A stretch of DNA of 64,000 bases, taken from assembly GCF_009914755.1 (NCBI RefSeq), contig NC_060947.1; one strand, given 5' to 3'. Position numbers and translations under genes: made by a program. Under the pieces are notes generated by a model, which saw nothing but the letters and a program-made list of their open reading frames with translations, did no database searches and had not been told where the DNA came from. Source of the DNA: the human T2T-CHM13v2.0 reference genome, Homo sapiens. Shown here one piece after another: positions 43,291 through 62,460 of the stretch. The first letter of the stretch is position 1. Each line of letters begins with the position of its first letter.

Positions 43291-45003
43291 TTTAAAGCAA
43301 CAAAGGTATATTTTTACCTATTAAATTAGCAGAGATTTACAAAATTAGAAAGGCCATGTTTTGATGAATATATGGAGGGATATTCACATTTATACACTAC
43401 TGGTGGGAATGCAATTTGCACAACTGTATTGAGGAAAATTCAGCATCACCTGTCAGATGCTCTAATAAATGCTCTCATCATCCAAACTAAATAATTTTAA
43501 TTCTGGAACCTTATTCTAAAGAAATAATTCCAGATGTGCATAAAGGTTAATGTACAATGATGTTCATTACATTTAAATTTTATACGCAAACTTGGTAATA
43601 ATCAAAATGTCCAATAACATGACATCATCTAAATAAACTTTGTTAAATCCATAAGATATTATGGAGCACTTAATATTGTATTTTTCAAAGAACAATAACA
43701 TGGAAATATGCTTGTGAATTTTCAAATGAAAAAATTAGATAATAAAATGATATATACAATATGATGTCAATTTTGTTATAAAACTGTGTTATATACATAA
43801 TTTTTAAAAAGAATGAAAGGACATACACCTGAATATTACAAATTAGTTTTCTGGCTTATAAAATTATACATATTATTTACTTTTTAATTCATACTTTATT
43901 TTTTAACAATGATCACCTGTTACTTTTATCATGAAGGAAAACTTTTTTTTTATTTTTAAAAAACAAGCCCAGCCCAATCTAGCCAAGCCGATGACCTTTT
44001 CAGTTGCTATCTTCACTCAAAATGCCACACTGTTGTCCACTGGGTGCTTATTGTCCTTTTGCTCCTTTAGGGACCGCACTCACTGGTGATAAACACCCGC
44101 CAAAGTGAGAGTGCAGGTGGCAGCATCCTTCCAAGCTCATTAAATCTTTCAGTTAAACTGGCCTAGTAAGCCATAGGCTGATACTGGGATCAATCTTCAT
44201 GACCCATATAGGGAACCAATGTTTTGAGAAGCTATAATGCCCACCTTATGTAATTGGGAGTTTCCCCTCTTCTAAATCTCTTCTATGAAATAATATTTTG
44301 CAATCCTTCTCCAAAGCAACTCTTTTTATTTTAGATATTCCATCATGCCATGGGGAATGACAAATAGTAGGTCCAAGGATAGACTTTCCATTGTACTATT
44401 TCCTTATCCCAGATGTGGTGTTTGGGGATGCCTAGAGCCATTCTGTCCACTGTTCCTGTCTCATCTCACCTATCCAATTTTTTAAGCTGGCTATTTAGTA
44501 CTACTTGTACTATCTCCTGTGTACTTGATCCCTTTAAGAGGGTCACAGACCCCTTGTCACAGAATCAAAGAATTCCTCTAAGTTACAAACCTTGTTTTGG
44601 GTTGTTTCTAAATTGGGTCAAGAGAAACCTCCTCAAGGGCAGCTTGACATGAGAATAGTGGCTGGCAATGACTCTCACAGTAGCAACAGAGGTATTACAG
44701 CGCAACAACTTCTCTCCAATCCACATTAAAAAGGTATGGATTTATGAAGTAAGTCTCACTGCCTGCTTCAAAGGATTACTTCAAATCCATTGAAGTAATA
44801 GATTTTATGGCATCTCTCATTTTCTCCCTTCCTTCCCTCCCTCCACTCCTAAGGGCAGTAAGTTCACTCCTATCTTCATTTACAAATATCACAGATCTCA
44901 GGTTTGCCTCATTCATGTAAGCTTCTAAATCCAATATCCACTAAATTATGTCAAGCATCTGTAACTCCATTATGGAATTTCATAGCCTCCTCTTTCCTCT
45001 CTA

Positions 45004-45460
45004 TTTTTTAAAATCTTTAAAAATACTTATTTCAGTAACTTTTGGGGTAAAAGTGGTTTTTGGTTACATGGATGAATTGTATAGTGGTGAAGTCTGAGAT
45101 TTTAGTGTACCCGTGGTACTGGTATAAAAGTAGACACATAGACCAATGGAACAGAATAGAGAACCCAGAAATACAGCCAACTATTTACAACCAACTGATC
45201 GTTAACTAAGCACACAAAAATATAAACTGGGGAAACAACATCCTACTTAATAAATGGTGCTGGGAAAAGTAGATAGCCCACATGTAGAAGAATGAAACTG
45301 AATCCATCTCTCTTACCTTATACAAAAATCAACTCAAAATAGAACAATGACTTAAATCTAAGACCCGAAACCATGACATTTCTACAGTATAACCAGGAAA
45401 AACTTTTCTGGACATTGGCCTAGGCAAAGGATTCACGACTAAGACCCCAAAAGCAAATGC
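45004..45460 (-). mobile_element. Short L1PB-type insertion with internal inversion
   Basis: Antisense L1PB 3' end (to about 45112) fused to a sense ORF2 piece (GTGGTACTGGTATAAAAG..CCAAAAGCAAATGCA); CCTCTCT(A)TTTTT on both flanks. Confidence 0.65.
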
Positions 45461-45764
45461 ATCTGCCTCTCTTTTTATATCCAAGGGCAACATGAATGTA
45501 ACTCGCAACACTCTCTAAGGTTTCATTCACTCATTCACAATAAAACTTTCAGATGGGGACTTGTTAGAGACAAATGGCTTAGGACGAGAGAAAGCAAAAA
45601 AGACCTACTGAAACTCATCAAGGTGGGGAAAGAAATGGAGGAAGGTCAGTGAGGGCAAGAAATTCCCTAGGATGACTCTAGAAAAGAAAAATGAGGCAAG
45701 AGCCAGGATAAGGTGACAGAAGATGTGAGCAAAGGTCTCCTGGGGATTCATTAGGAATGTATTT

Positions 45765-46069
45765 GACTCAGGCACAGTGGCTAACGCCTGTAATCCCAGC
45801 ACTTTGGGAGGCCGAAGGCAGGCAGATCACTTGAGGTCAGGAGTTCAAGACCAGCCTGGCCAACATGGTGAAACCCCATCTCTACTAAAAATACAAAAAT
45901 TAGCTGGGTGTGGTGCCATGTGCTTATAGTCCCAGCTACTTGAGAGACTGAGGCAGTAGAATTGCTTGAACTCAGGAGGCAGAGGTTGCAGTGAGCCAAG
46001 ATGACAAGATGGCGCCACTACACTCCAGCTTGGGCGACAGAGCAAGACTCCATCTCCCCGCCACAAAGA
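45765..46069 (+). mobile_element. Alu
   Basis: Full dimer; AGGAATGTATTTGA TSD. Confidence 0.93.
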
Positions 46070-48290
46070 AGGAATGTATTTGAAACACACAAGAATTTCC
46101 ACTTCCCTTATAACCTATCCTGCCCATCCTCGAGAGACAAAAACTAACCAGGACTCCTGATATTGTTTCTGTTCATATCTGTATGTCCTAAAACAAGGAC
46201 ATATCTGATGACCAAATCAGAAGGGGGACCTGGGATGGGGAAAGCCCTCCTACCAGTATTTCATGATCAGTTGAGACATCAGGCATAAATCCTGGGGCTG
46301 GAGTTCGCAGAGTTGCTGGCCTTGACTACATCTCCAATGGCTGATATGAGATCAGGTAAGGCGTGGGCATCAGAGTAATCAATTTGAGTATTTTTCAACT
46401 CCAGCCATAACTATGACAAATTCAACCTCAACCTTAGCATTCATGCCTCTCTGGGTCTTAAGTGATGGGACGAAAGTGCAAATGAAAGAAGAGGGTGGCT
46501 CCCAAAGGCATATACGTGGGAAAGAAAAGTGCCAGTGGAAGGAGAAAGTTATGGCTTTTGTTTGATCTCATCAGTGATATGTCTTACTTATAAGGCTTAA
46601 GGAAAAAGTAAACAAATATGAGCACAAGGATTGGGTTTACTTTCAAATCAGCTGACTACTCTCCTTCTATGAAGCTGGGTCATTTATTGCTGAAATCCAA
46701 ACCCATCTCTGGTGGCCTATATTCCAGCAGTGGGGATCCACAACATTATTGAAGGCCAAACAGAGCAAGTACTCTACCATGTTTTAAGAATTTTTTTTCC
46801 CGTAAACATGGGGAGCTGTATGGGAAGTAACTATTCATATACACATATCGGTGAGTACAGTAACTTCTGAAATGCGACAAGAGAAAAGAGAAATCTAAGC
46901 ATGCATTTGAAAATAGCAACCTGTGATCTGGAGAGGATCTTAATAGTGATCCATTTGTTGAATGATGCTTTGTGAAGCTGAGATGAAGAGAGGTTGTAGT
47001 CATCCCCCGCTACTTCTTTCCTTTTCTTCTCCCTCACATTAAGTCTTCTACCAGCTCCTCCTGAGGAATAAATATAAAGCAGCCCCTACAAGAGGGGATG
47101 GGTTGTCTGAGGGCCTGATCACTTTAACACAGTAGTTCTTAAACTTCTTTTGGAATATTGAGTCATTTGGAGAATATAAAAGACATGGATCCTCTCCCCA
47201 GTAAAATGTACTCAAAAGAAAAATGTCTGCATGCCATGTCAGAGGTTTTATAGACTCTCTTCTCCTAAGCTTTACCTTCCTTGTCCTTAAGGCCATCTCT
47301 GTGCCTCAATTGCCAGCCCTCTTCCCTAACAGCACAGGGAAATTCTACAATATGGACCACTAAACTGGATGTATTCTGACCCTAGAGTGGCTTTTACAAA
47401 GTAGTTGTTACTCACCTATTGATGTGAGCTTTCTTTTGTCTACCCTTTATCCTAAAAAGCTGAATTAATAGGATTGTGTCTTGCTCCGGTTAATCAACAT
47501 GTGTGTACTATGACTGGTTTTTTGTTTTTGTTGTTGTTTTTTAAGAGCAGCACTAGCTCACTCTTCAACTCAGAGGCTCAGAAGCCAAAGTACATTATGG
47601 AACATGGCCAACAAATGCTTGTAACATGTAACTAACTTAGGTCAAGATCAAGGAAAAATTTAGATCCTAAATAAATCTTTTTATGCCACTTCAAGCTGAC
47701 CAGCCTGCAGCTCTTTGAAAGAGTTAGGAGACGGCCACAGGATTCCAGCAGTGCTAAAGGCCAACAGCTCCCCTAGCTGTTCTCACCAGGAATTCTTGCG
47801 CATTCTCCCACTCCTGAAGTGTGACAGACCCAAAAGAGGGAACAGATGGCATATAGCAAGGTGTCAGGCATAGAGCAAATACTCAATAAAAGAAGGAATC
47901 ACCTGGATCCCCCCACTCTTCTAAGGCTCATCTACTATCCCACTACAGCCTTTCTTCTCTAGTATTTGCAGTTAACATGTGCCAACCTCCAAGTCATTCC
48001 TCACAGTCACTGAAGCCTTTTGTACCTGGCCCAGTGTTCATTCTAAGCCTAGCTTCTACTATAATCCTGGGTTACTATAATAGTCATGTAAATGATCATC
48101 TGACATCCTAGCTTCACAGGTATCTTAACCACTCCAGTTTTGAAATCTAACACTCCAAAGTCTACTCTGATTACAGGTCCTATCACTCCAGTTTTCCAAT
48201 TACTCAGCACTCACCTTGTTCACATTAAAGCCTCTTTTTGGCCCAGACTGAGGCCACTCCTGACCTTACTTCCTTCCATGTCCAGGTTGG

Positions 48291-48584
48291 ATTTTTTTTT
48301 TTAAATGAAGTCTCACTCTGTTACCCAGGCTGGAGTACAGTGGGTGGGATCTCGGCTCACTGCAACCTCCGCCTCCTGGGTTCAAGTGATTCTCCTGCCT
48401 CAGCCTCCTGAGTAGCTGGGATTACAGGCATGTGCCACCACACCTGGCTAATTTTTGCATTTTTAGTAGAGACAGGGTTTCACCATGTTGGTCAGGCTGG
48501 TCTCGAACTCCTGACCTCAGGTGACCTGCCCACCTTGGCCTTCCAAAGTGCTGTGATTACAGGTGTGGGCCACCGCGCCCGGCC
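48291..48584 (-). mobile_element. Alu
   Basis: Full antisense dimer ending GCGCCCGGCC. Confidence 0.95.
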
Positions 48585-49899
48585 TTAGTTTGGATTCTTA
48601 AATCCATTTCTGTGTAACTCCTCTCTTGCTAGCTGTCCACCCCTCAATCAATCAAGGCAACCAAATACTGCTAGTGACAATGCCCCAAAACCACTTCATA
48701 TTTTCCTGAGCTTCTAACCCAGTTTCAAACTCATTTCTTACTTTGATATACCATAAGCTCTCCTGTTAATGGTCTCACTCCAGCGTTTTGGCCTGAATAT
48801 TCCTTAGGGACTCTGGTTCATATTTAGCCCTCTAGTATTTCTGTTCCAGCAGCTTTTGTCTTCATATTCCTGTTCCTGGTCAGCTTCCTCCCCATCATCC
48901 ACCTCTACAATTACAAATCTTCACCACCCTTGCCAAGTCCTCTTCCTTACTCCTATCCCTATCTCTGTGCTCCAGCAAAGAGGTAGTTCCACTTACCTAA
49001 GGCTAACCCTCCACCTGCATGTGTTCTAGAGCCATAAATTTCACCCTTCCAGCTTCACCTGCATCATCTTTCAAGATCATCTTCCATCTATTATCATCTC
49101 TCTCTTTCTCACATCTACAATGACTCCCTTCTCAATTCCTTCTGCCCCATGGTCTGCAAACACACTCAATTTTTTTCTCATGTTAAATGATTCACTGTAA
49201 GGCGCTGGATAAGTGGTTTTAACTTGTATTCTGGTTGTCACATCTACAATCAGAAAAGCTTCTCACAAAATAATGATTAAGTACAATAAATAAGATAAAG
49301 AAAATATGAACCTGGTGAGAGGTGAACAGGACGGTGGAGGATTACCTGTCAGTGCAGGTAAGGGGATAGCTGAGTAAAGTTGAAAGGGGAAAACTTTAAA
49401 TATCAGCCACAGGAGCAAACCTCAGACTGTGAGGATGAGGTTTCTGTTCAGACAATGAGCACTCTGGTCCAACCCAGGGAGCAATTAGCAGCAATTACAG
49501 TAGCAGCAACAGCCATGCAACATCAGCAAGTAGCTAAGACCAAAATGCAGGCATAGAAATGAAGTATTTCATAGAAAACAGAGTAGCAAATATGACATAT
49601 GAGGCACTTGTGCTGCTACTCCCCCTTCTCCGACCCTCAGCAGACATCACTAAATAGTTATAAATGTCTTTCACACTGAGATAAGACCTGGTTTCAGAAT
49701 CTTGTTATAAAACATAATCAGGGCAGGCATTATCAATCAATTGGAGATGGTACTTGAGATGAAGTGTATTTGCTATCATTGCACTACACAGAAAAGTCCT
49801 CAACAAAAGAATTAGAAGACAGGAATAAGCTTCAGGAGTAAGCATTCTGAAGAGAGCTTGGACGTTGTTGGCAACTGGCGGGGACAAGCTGAGCCCATG

Positions 49900-49984
49900 G
49901 AGATCACAGAGCAGGCGCCCAATTAATGTCTGTTGATGATTCATTTTTTCATTCAACAAACATTTAATGAGGCCTACAATGTGC
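49900..49984 (-). ncRNA. MIR421: miR-421 precursor; mature miR-421 at 49915..49937
   Basis: The minus strand contains AUCAACAGACAUUAAUUGGGCGC in a hairpin with arm CUCAUUAAAUGUUUGUUGAAU. Confidence 0.96.
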
Positions 49985-50105
49985 ACCGGATTAGGCACTG
50001 TGAATACAAAGATGAGTAAGGCACTGTCCTTGCCCTTAAGGAATTTAAAGTCTGGTAGACGAGAGCCATAGACACGGACAATGATAATACAACCTGCTAA
50101 GTGCT
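49945..50105 (-). mobile_element. L2 3'-end relic overlapping both miRNA hairpins
   Basis: TTCATTCAACAAACATTTAATGAGGCCTACAATGTGC..GGCACTGTGAATACAAAGATGAGTAAG..TCCTTGCCCTTAAGGAATTTA is the antisense L2 tail. Confidence 0.75.
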
Positions 50106-50141
50106 AGGACACTTAGCAGGTTGTATTATATCCATCCGAGT
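50070..50141 (-). ncRNA. MIR374B: miR-374b precursor; 5p at 50110..50131
   Basis: Minus strand AUAUAAUACAACCUGCUAAGUG; 20-bp perfect stem. Confidence 0.96.
50072..50141 (+). ncRNA. MIR374C: miR-374c precursor (antisense to miR-374b); 5p at 50084..50105
   Basis: Plus strand AUAAUACAACCUGCUAAGUGCU in the same palindromic hairpin. Confidence 0.85.
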
Positions 50142-50749
50142 AGGATTTCTTCAGAGGAGCACCACTCCAGGTTGCTGCTGGATCCATGAAGTCCTCCCAG
50201 GCACCAGGGTCTGCTGTTGTTTTTGTCACGTGCTGGGTGTCCCAAGATCTAACAATAATAGCTGTAATTAATGTATAGAGTGCCTATGACAAACACTTTA
50301 CAAATATCTTCATGGAAACTCTGAAAATGAATAGTTATATTAGAGGAAGAAACTGAAGTTCAACAAGTTTAAGTCACACAGCCAGCAAGCAGTTGAATTA
50401 GGTTTCAAATCCAGTTTTGACAAAGTCTAATGCATTTTTCTGTTTTCAGGATAACCTTTATGCAGGTGTAATACAACAACTTTTCAACAGCTTTCTATTT
50501 GGAACTAAAAGCAAAGGCAATAGATTAGTCACTAGATCATGGAGTGATTAATTTGGTTTCCCACTCTACCTGGCAGAGAAATAAAAGGTGAAATGACCTC
50601 ACACTTACATACCATTGAAAACCTTCAAGTCAGTTACTGTTTTTCTTTCTCAACCCTAACATCGTCACTGATCATTCAAAATATAAGTACCTCTAGTCAA
50701 ATCTCTTCTTTTAATACTTGTCATAGTCAACACCATTATCAGCAACAAC

Positions 50750-50990
50750 AGTTGACACAGCATTTAGCTGTATATTCCAGGCCTGTTCTAAGCAATTTAC
50801 ATAATTAGTCCCTTTAAGTACTTTTTACCCCCATCATTGAAAATAAATATTATTCCTATTTTACATAAGAGAAAACAGAGTCCTGGGGAAGTGAAGAATC
50901 ATGCTCAAGACCACATTGCTAAGTGTGAGAGCAGATTTGAGCCCAGGCTACCTGGTCCCAAGACCCAAACTCTCACTTTACATAGCTCTG
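50750..50990 (-). mobile_element. MIR (other MIR relics near 50270-50440 and 53690-53940)
   Basis: TATTATTCCTATTTTACATAAGAGAAAACAGAG..GAAGTGAAGAATCATGCTCAAGACCACA..GATTTGAGCCCAGG core. Confidence 0.7.
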
Positions 50991-51699
50991 CTGCACTGCT
51001 CAGGGCCTCCTTTCCCAACTCTTGATGGCAAGTTACACAAGGCCCCCTGAAAAACCCAGTCCTACTTACATAAAATCTCATCACTAACCATTCTGGTCAT
51101 AGAAAGCCATTCTCTAAATCCCAAATATCAATACTCAGAGCCTTAATTGGAAAATTTCCCGAAGAACATTGAGTTTAGAATATACCTTTGCAAAAAGAGA
51201 AAATAAACACTCGATATGTTTAGGTTTTTAATTATTGAATTTTTTTTTTACTTGCAGATATAGTCATAAACGTTTTAAGATCCATAAGCAAACTAAAGCA
51301 ATTATGCCAATAATGACTAAGGCCACTGCTTCCTCAATTGAGTCTTTGATATAAAAGCCTTCACTTTTGGTTAATTACCAAAAAAAAAAAAAAAAAAAAA
51401 AAAAAACCGTGGGAGATATGTGACAGTGAGAGTAGGCCTGCTACTGATGAGAAGGACCAGCAACTTAGCAACACCATAAAATGTCTGCTGCAATTCAGGT
51501 GTCTAGGTGTCTCCCTGAGAATCAACATTTCATATACAGCTGTTCCCAGAAAACAATCTTGCACAATCTGTACAGTCAAGTTATGATCTAAAAGGAGTTA
51601 ATTGCAACATTCATCCAAAGAATATGACAGTATTTTTCATCAAGGTCTTTTTCTATAAGTTTTTCTATAACTTTTCCTATAAGTTCTATTATGTCTATA

Positions 51700-52031
51700 C
51701 AGTCATGTGCTGCCTAACAATGTTTAGGACAATGATGAACCTCATATATGACAGTTGTCCCACAGTTGTCCCACCACAAAATCATATCATATTTTTACTG
51801 TAGCTTTTCTATGTTTATATATGTTTAGGTACACAAATACTTACCATTCTGTTATAATTGCCTACAGTATTCAGTACAGTCATATGCTGTACAGGTTTGT
51901 AGCCTAGGTGTGTAATAGGCTATACCATTTAGAGAGGTTTGTGTTAATATACTCTATGAAGTTCACATGACAAAATCGCCTAACAATACACTTCTCAGAA
52001 CATATCCCCATTGCTAAGCAATGCATGACTA
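51700..52031. mobile_element. Tigger3/MER7-like non-autonomous DNA transposon
   Basis: TA then CAGTCATGTGCTGCCTAACAATG..CATTGCTAAGCAATGCATGACT inverted termini. Confidence 0.75.
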
Positions 52032-52039
52032 AATTTTTA

Positions 52040-52650
52040 TAACTTCCTAAGAGGTTATCCCCTCTTCGCCACTCCCACTCCTTTCAGCCCTACATCATTT
52101 CTCATCTTAGCCACCACAGTATCCTTCTAACTCATCTCCCTGTCCAGATTTGAAAACATTCCTGAACACACCCCACACTACTGCCAGTGATCATCTAAAA
52201 GCATCCCTTTCTGAAAACACTTATAATGAAATCCAAATCCCATGGCATACCATATAAAGTTCTATTCCTGGCCTACATTTCCAACCTAATTTAGAGAACT
52301 ATTTGTAGTTCCCCAAACTCATCATACTACTTCCAATGTCCATGCTTTTGCTTGGAAAGCCTTTCCCTGTTTTTCACCTAGTCAAAAGGTGACTTTACTT
52401 CTTTAAAGACTCAACTCATATACCAGGTACTCTGAGCTCTGTCATCTCCAGACTCTGTAAAATGATTTCTCTTTGAACTCCAGAGTATCTTATACATACC
52501 TCCATTGTAGAGCATACCATATTGTTGTAATTATATGTGTACATAGATGTTGATCTCTCTCACTAGACTGAGAACTCCTTGAGGACGGGGATGGTGTCTA
52601 ATTCATCTCCATATCCCCACTACCCAGCACAGTGCCTGGCAGCTCAAATG
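52040..52650 (+). mobile_element. L2 3' fragment
   Basis: CCACTAGACTGAGAACTCCTTGAGGACGGGGA..TCCCCACTACCCAGCACAGTGCCTGGCA. Confidence 0.7.
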
Positions 52651-53082
52651 ACAGCAGAGAGGAGAGATGCTGAATATGCAGGAGTGAGAATAAAGCAATG
52701 TTCTTGAGTAGTGGTACAATACAAATATGCTGAATGAATTGAAGCTATAGAAAAACATTTTGGGGCTCAATGTTGTAAAGAGGTCTCAAAAGAAGGGACA
52801 AGCTAACTCAAGGAGGAGTCCCCAGTTACCAAGTAAACTTACTCAGAAGTTAAAAGACCATTTGTTGGGTATGTTATCCAGGGACTTGAACTGGGGTTAG
52901 TTTAAAATAATCTATTTGGGATAGGAGACTTTTAAGGTCCTCCCATACTGGAGCTTCTAAATCTATGATCAGTGCCACAGTCAAGAGAGCCATCATTCTG
53001 AGAGCCTATGTCACAGAGTGAATGGTGACTCCCACAGTTGTGGACAAAGGCTAAAAACAGATCACAAACTTATAACTCATTT

Positions 53083-53394
53083 GGTTGGGTGTGGCGGTTG
53101 ACACCTATAATCCCAGCACTTTCGGTGGCTGAGGTGGGCAGATCACTTGAGCCCAGGAGTTTAAGACCAGCCTGGACAACATGGCAAAACCCCATCTCTA
53201 CGAAAAATACAAAAATTAGCCAGGCATGGTGACATGTGCCTGCAGTCCCAGCTACCCAGGAGGCAGAGGTGGAAGGATCATCTGAGCTCAGGGAGGCGGA
53301 GGCTGCAGTGAGCTGGGATTGTACCACCGCACTCCAGCCTGAGCAACAGAGTGAGACCTTGTCTTAAAATGATACAAAAACAAACAAAAAAAAA
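53083..53394 (+). mobile_element. Alu (AluJ-like)
   Basis: Full dimer. Confidence 0.92.
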
Positions 53395-53978
53395 CCCTCA
53401 TCCTCTGTTGATCCTGTTCCCAATTGACCCTTGAACCTGGCGCAGGAAGTGTTTTTAAGGCCAACAAGAAGGACATCATGACCCTAAATATATCCTCTAC
53501 AAGCTGCTACCTAATGTTTTAAATTCCCCCTTAAACCTTTGGTGCCTTTCATTCATGTTTGCTAAAATGCCACTTAATCTAATATGTTGAGCTAGTATCA
53601 ATTAACTTTACACTACACAGTAGATACAGGGAACACACCATCCATTCCCATACCCTGTGAGATCATCTAATCCAACCCTCTTGCATTAACACAAATCTAA
53701 GAACATCCACCAAATGTCCAGATTTTTAACTCTGGTACTCAGTTTCTTGAAGTGCAAAATACAGAAGTTGAATTGAATAATTCCCCACATCCCTTCTTCT
53801 CATGATATTCTAAAGAGCTTCTGAGCCTGTTTTCCACCTATAAATTAGACACATTGGTGAATCTGTTCTTATTCCTAACCAAACTGTTATAAGGGTCAAA
53901 TAAAACCATGTTTGTAAAAAGCTTCTAGAAACAATAAAGTACAAAACTAAATCAATTAACTAAAAATAAAAATAAAAA

Positions 53979-54080
53979 GGTTGGGCTCGGTGGCTCACCC
54001 CTACAATCCCAGGACTTTAGGAGGCTTAGGTGGAATGACTGCTTGAGCCCAGGAGTTCAAGACCAACCTGGCCAACACAG
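53979..54080 (+). mobile_element. Alu left monomer
   Basis: GGTTGGGCTCGGTGGCTCA..GACCAACCTGGCCAACA. Confidence 0.8.
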
Positions 54081-54093
54081 CCAGATGCAGAAA

Positions 54094-54173
54094 GGAAGGA
54101 AGGAAGGAAGGAAGGAAGGAAGGAAGGAAGGAAGGAAGGAACGAAGGAACGAAGGAACGAAGGAACGAAGGAA
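54094..54173 (+). repeat. (GGAA)12 followed by (CGAAGGAA)4 microsatellite
   Basis: Counted directly: GGAA x12 at 54094-54141; octamer x4 at 54142-54173. Confidence 0.95.
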
Positions 54174-54785
54174 GGGCTATACAAATGTAGGAGAATTAAG
54201 CTATATGTGTGGGGGAGTGTGCTCTGCCATTAATTAGACATTACCTTAGAAAACCTACTCTACCTCTCTAACATGCCTCAGAGGGTTGGTGTGATGATTA
54301 AATGGGAACATGTAAAGTAGCACACTCATTTGCCAATCGAGACCTTCACAGAATCTCAGGAATAAAAGTGACCTTCGAGTGCATGTAATCCAACTCATTC
54401 CACCCAAGGAGATTCTGAAGTTCAATTCCCAGTGTTCATACAAGCCTCTAGGTGTCACTTCCAAGAATCATCTTTGGAGAGTCCTTAAAACTGCTTCTCT
54501 ATTAATTAGAACTGCCTTCAAAAGCAGCAAAAGACAACTGTCCCTGACCCAATAAGAGATCTGAAAACAGACAGAAGACAACAAAGCAAAGACAAATTCT
54601 TCTTTTTGGAGTTCTCCTACAATATAAACAGCTCTACTTCCTATGATGCTTCTCATAACATCTACATTCAGATCCCTCTCCGTATCATGGATGTTCTCCT
54701 CCAGCTTCCTCTCAAAGAGTTGCTCTTAGAATTAAAATAAACTACCAAATGGAACAGAATTCTTATCTTCTTTGGTTCCAAATAC

Positions 54786-55410
<625 letters not shown>

Positions 55411-56389
55411 CTAAATACTTTTCTAGTAAGAACATAACCAGTTACACTGAAGGCTTTGAAAGTCTTCAACTGGTATGAATCCTAAAAAAAAAAAAGAGCA
55501 CCAAGTCTACAGGAGCTTTCAGGATGGAGAAAGCCCTTCCAAATGGGAAAGGAGGTCAAACGGATGCTGCCATTACTGAAAACAAATGCCTTACTATGTC
55601 ATTTTCCTAATACCAGCTCTCACCTCTGGACTTACCTAAACCAGGAATACAGAACATTATAAATAATGCAGGCTGCTAGGAACATTTGAAAGAAATGGTA
55701 AGATCAAACACAAAACACATTTTGAATGACATTCCCTACTGATTGGCTCTAGTCTATGCAGATGACATCTACACTTTTCCCACCAGAATTGCACTTCCAA
55801 AGACATCTTTTTTTTCCAGAAAATGGGGGAGATTAAAAGTAATAAGTAGAATATACATACGCAGATACCGAAGACCCGAATAAAAGGAGAAAAATATTAC
55901 ATTAATGTATGGGAAGATTGTAAAAATGACAGCTCTCCCAAAATTAATCTACAAATTCAGGGCCATTCCAATTTAAATTCCAGTGATATTTGTGAACACT
56001 CGACAAGCTGTTTCTATAGTTCACATAAAATAACTACATGATAATGAGATAAAATTTTGGAAAAAAGAAGAATGAGGGATGTGTCCTGCAACATAAGGTT
56101 GTTATTAAAAACTAAGCATGTAGGAAATGACAGCACCCACATTGTCTCATTACAATGAAATAAAAACATGATTTTTTTGAGGAAAAAGAAAGCCAGAAAT
56201 CCTCAACATGAAGCATCACACTAAATAACTATTGAGTAAAAGAATAAATATAAGTTATAATCAAGCATATTTAGCAAACAACAAAACAAGAACATTACTT
56301 AGGAAATTCAGCCAATGCTATCATAAGTTCTCTTATTATAAAATAATGAAAAAGAATTACTCTTAGTAAATATAACAAACATAATGAGA

Positions 56390-62460
<6,071 letters not shown>

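Noticed and set aside
50455-50480. TGCAGGTGTAATACAAC, echoing miR-374 arm sequence
   Set aside because: Too short and forms no hairpin; cannot be called a paralogue remnant.
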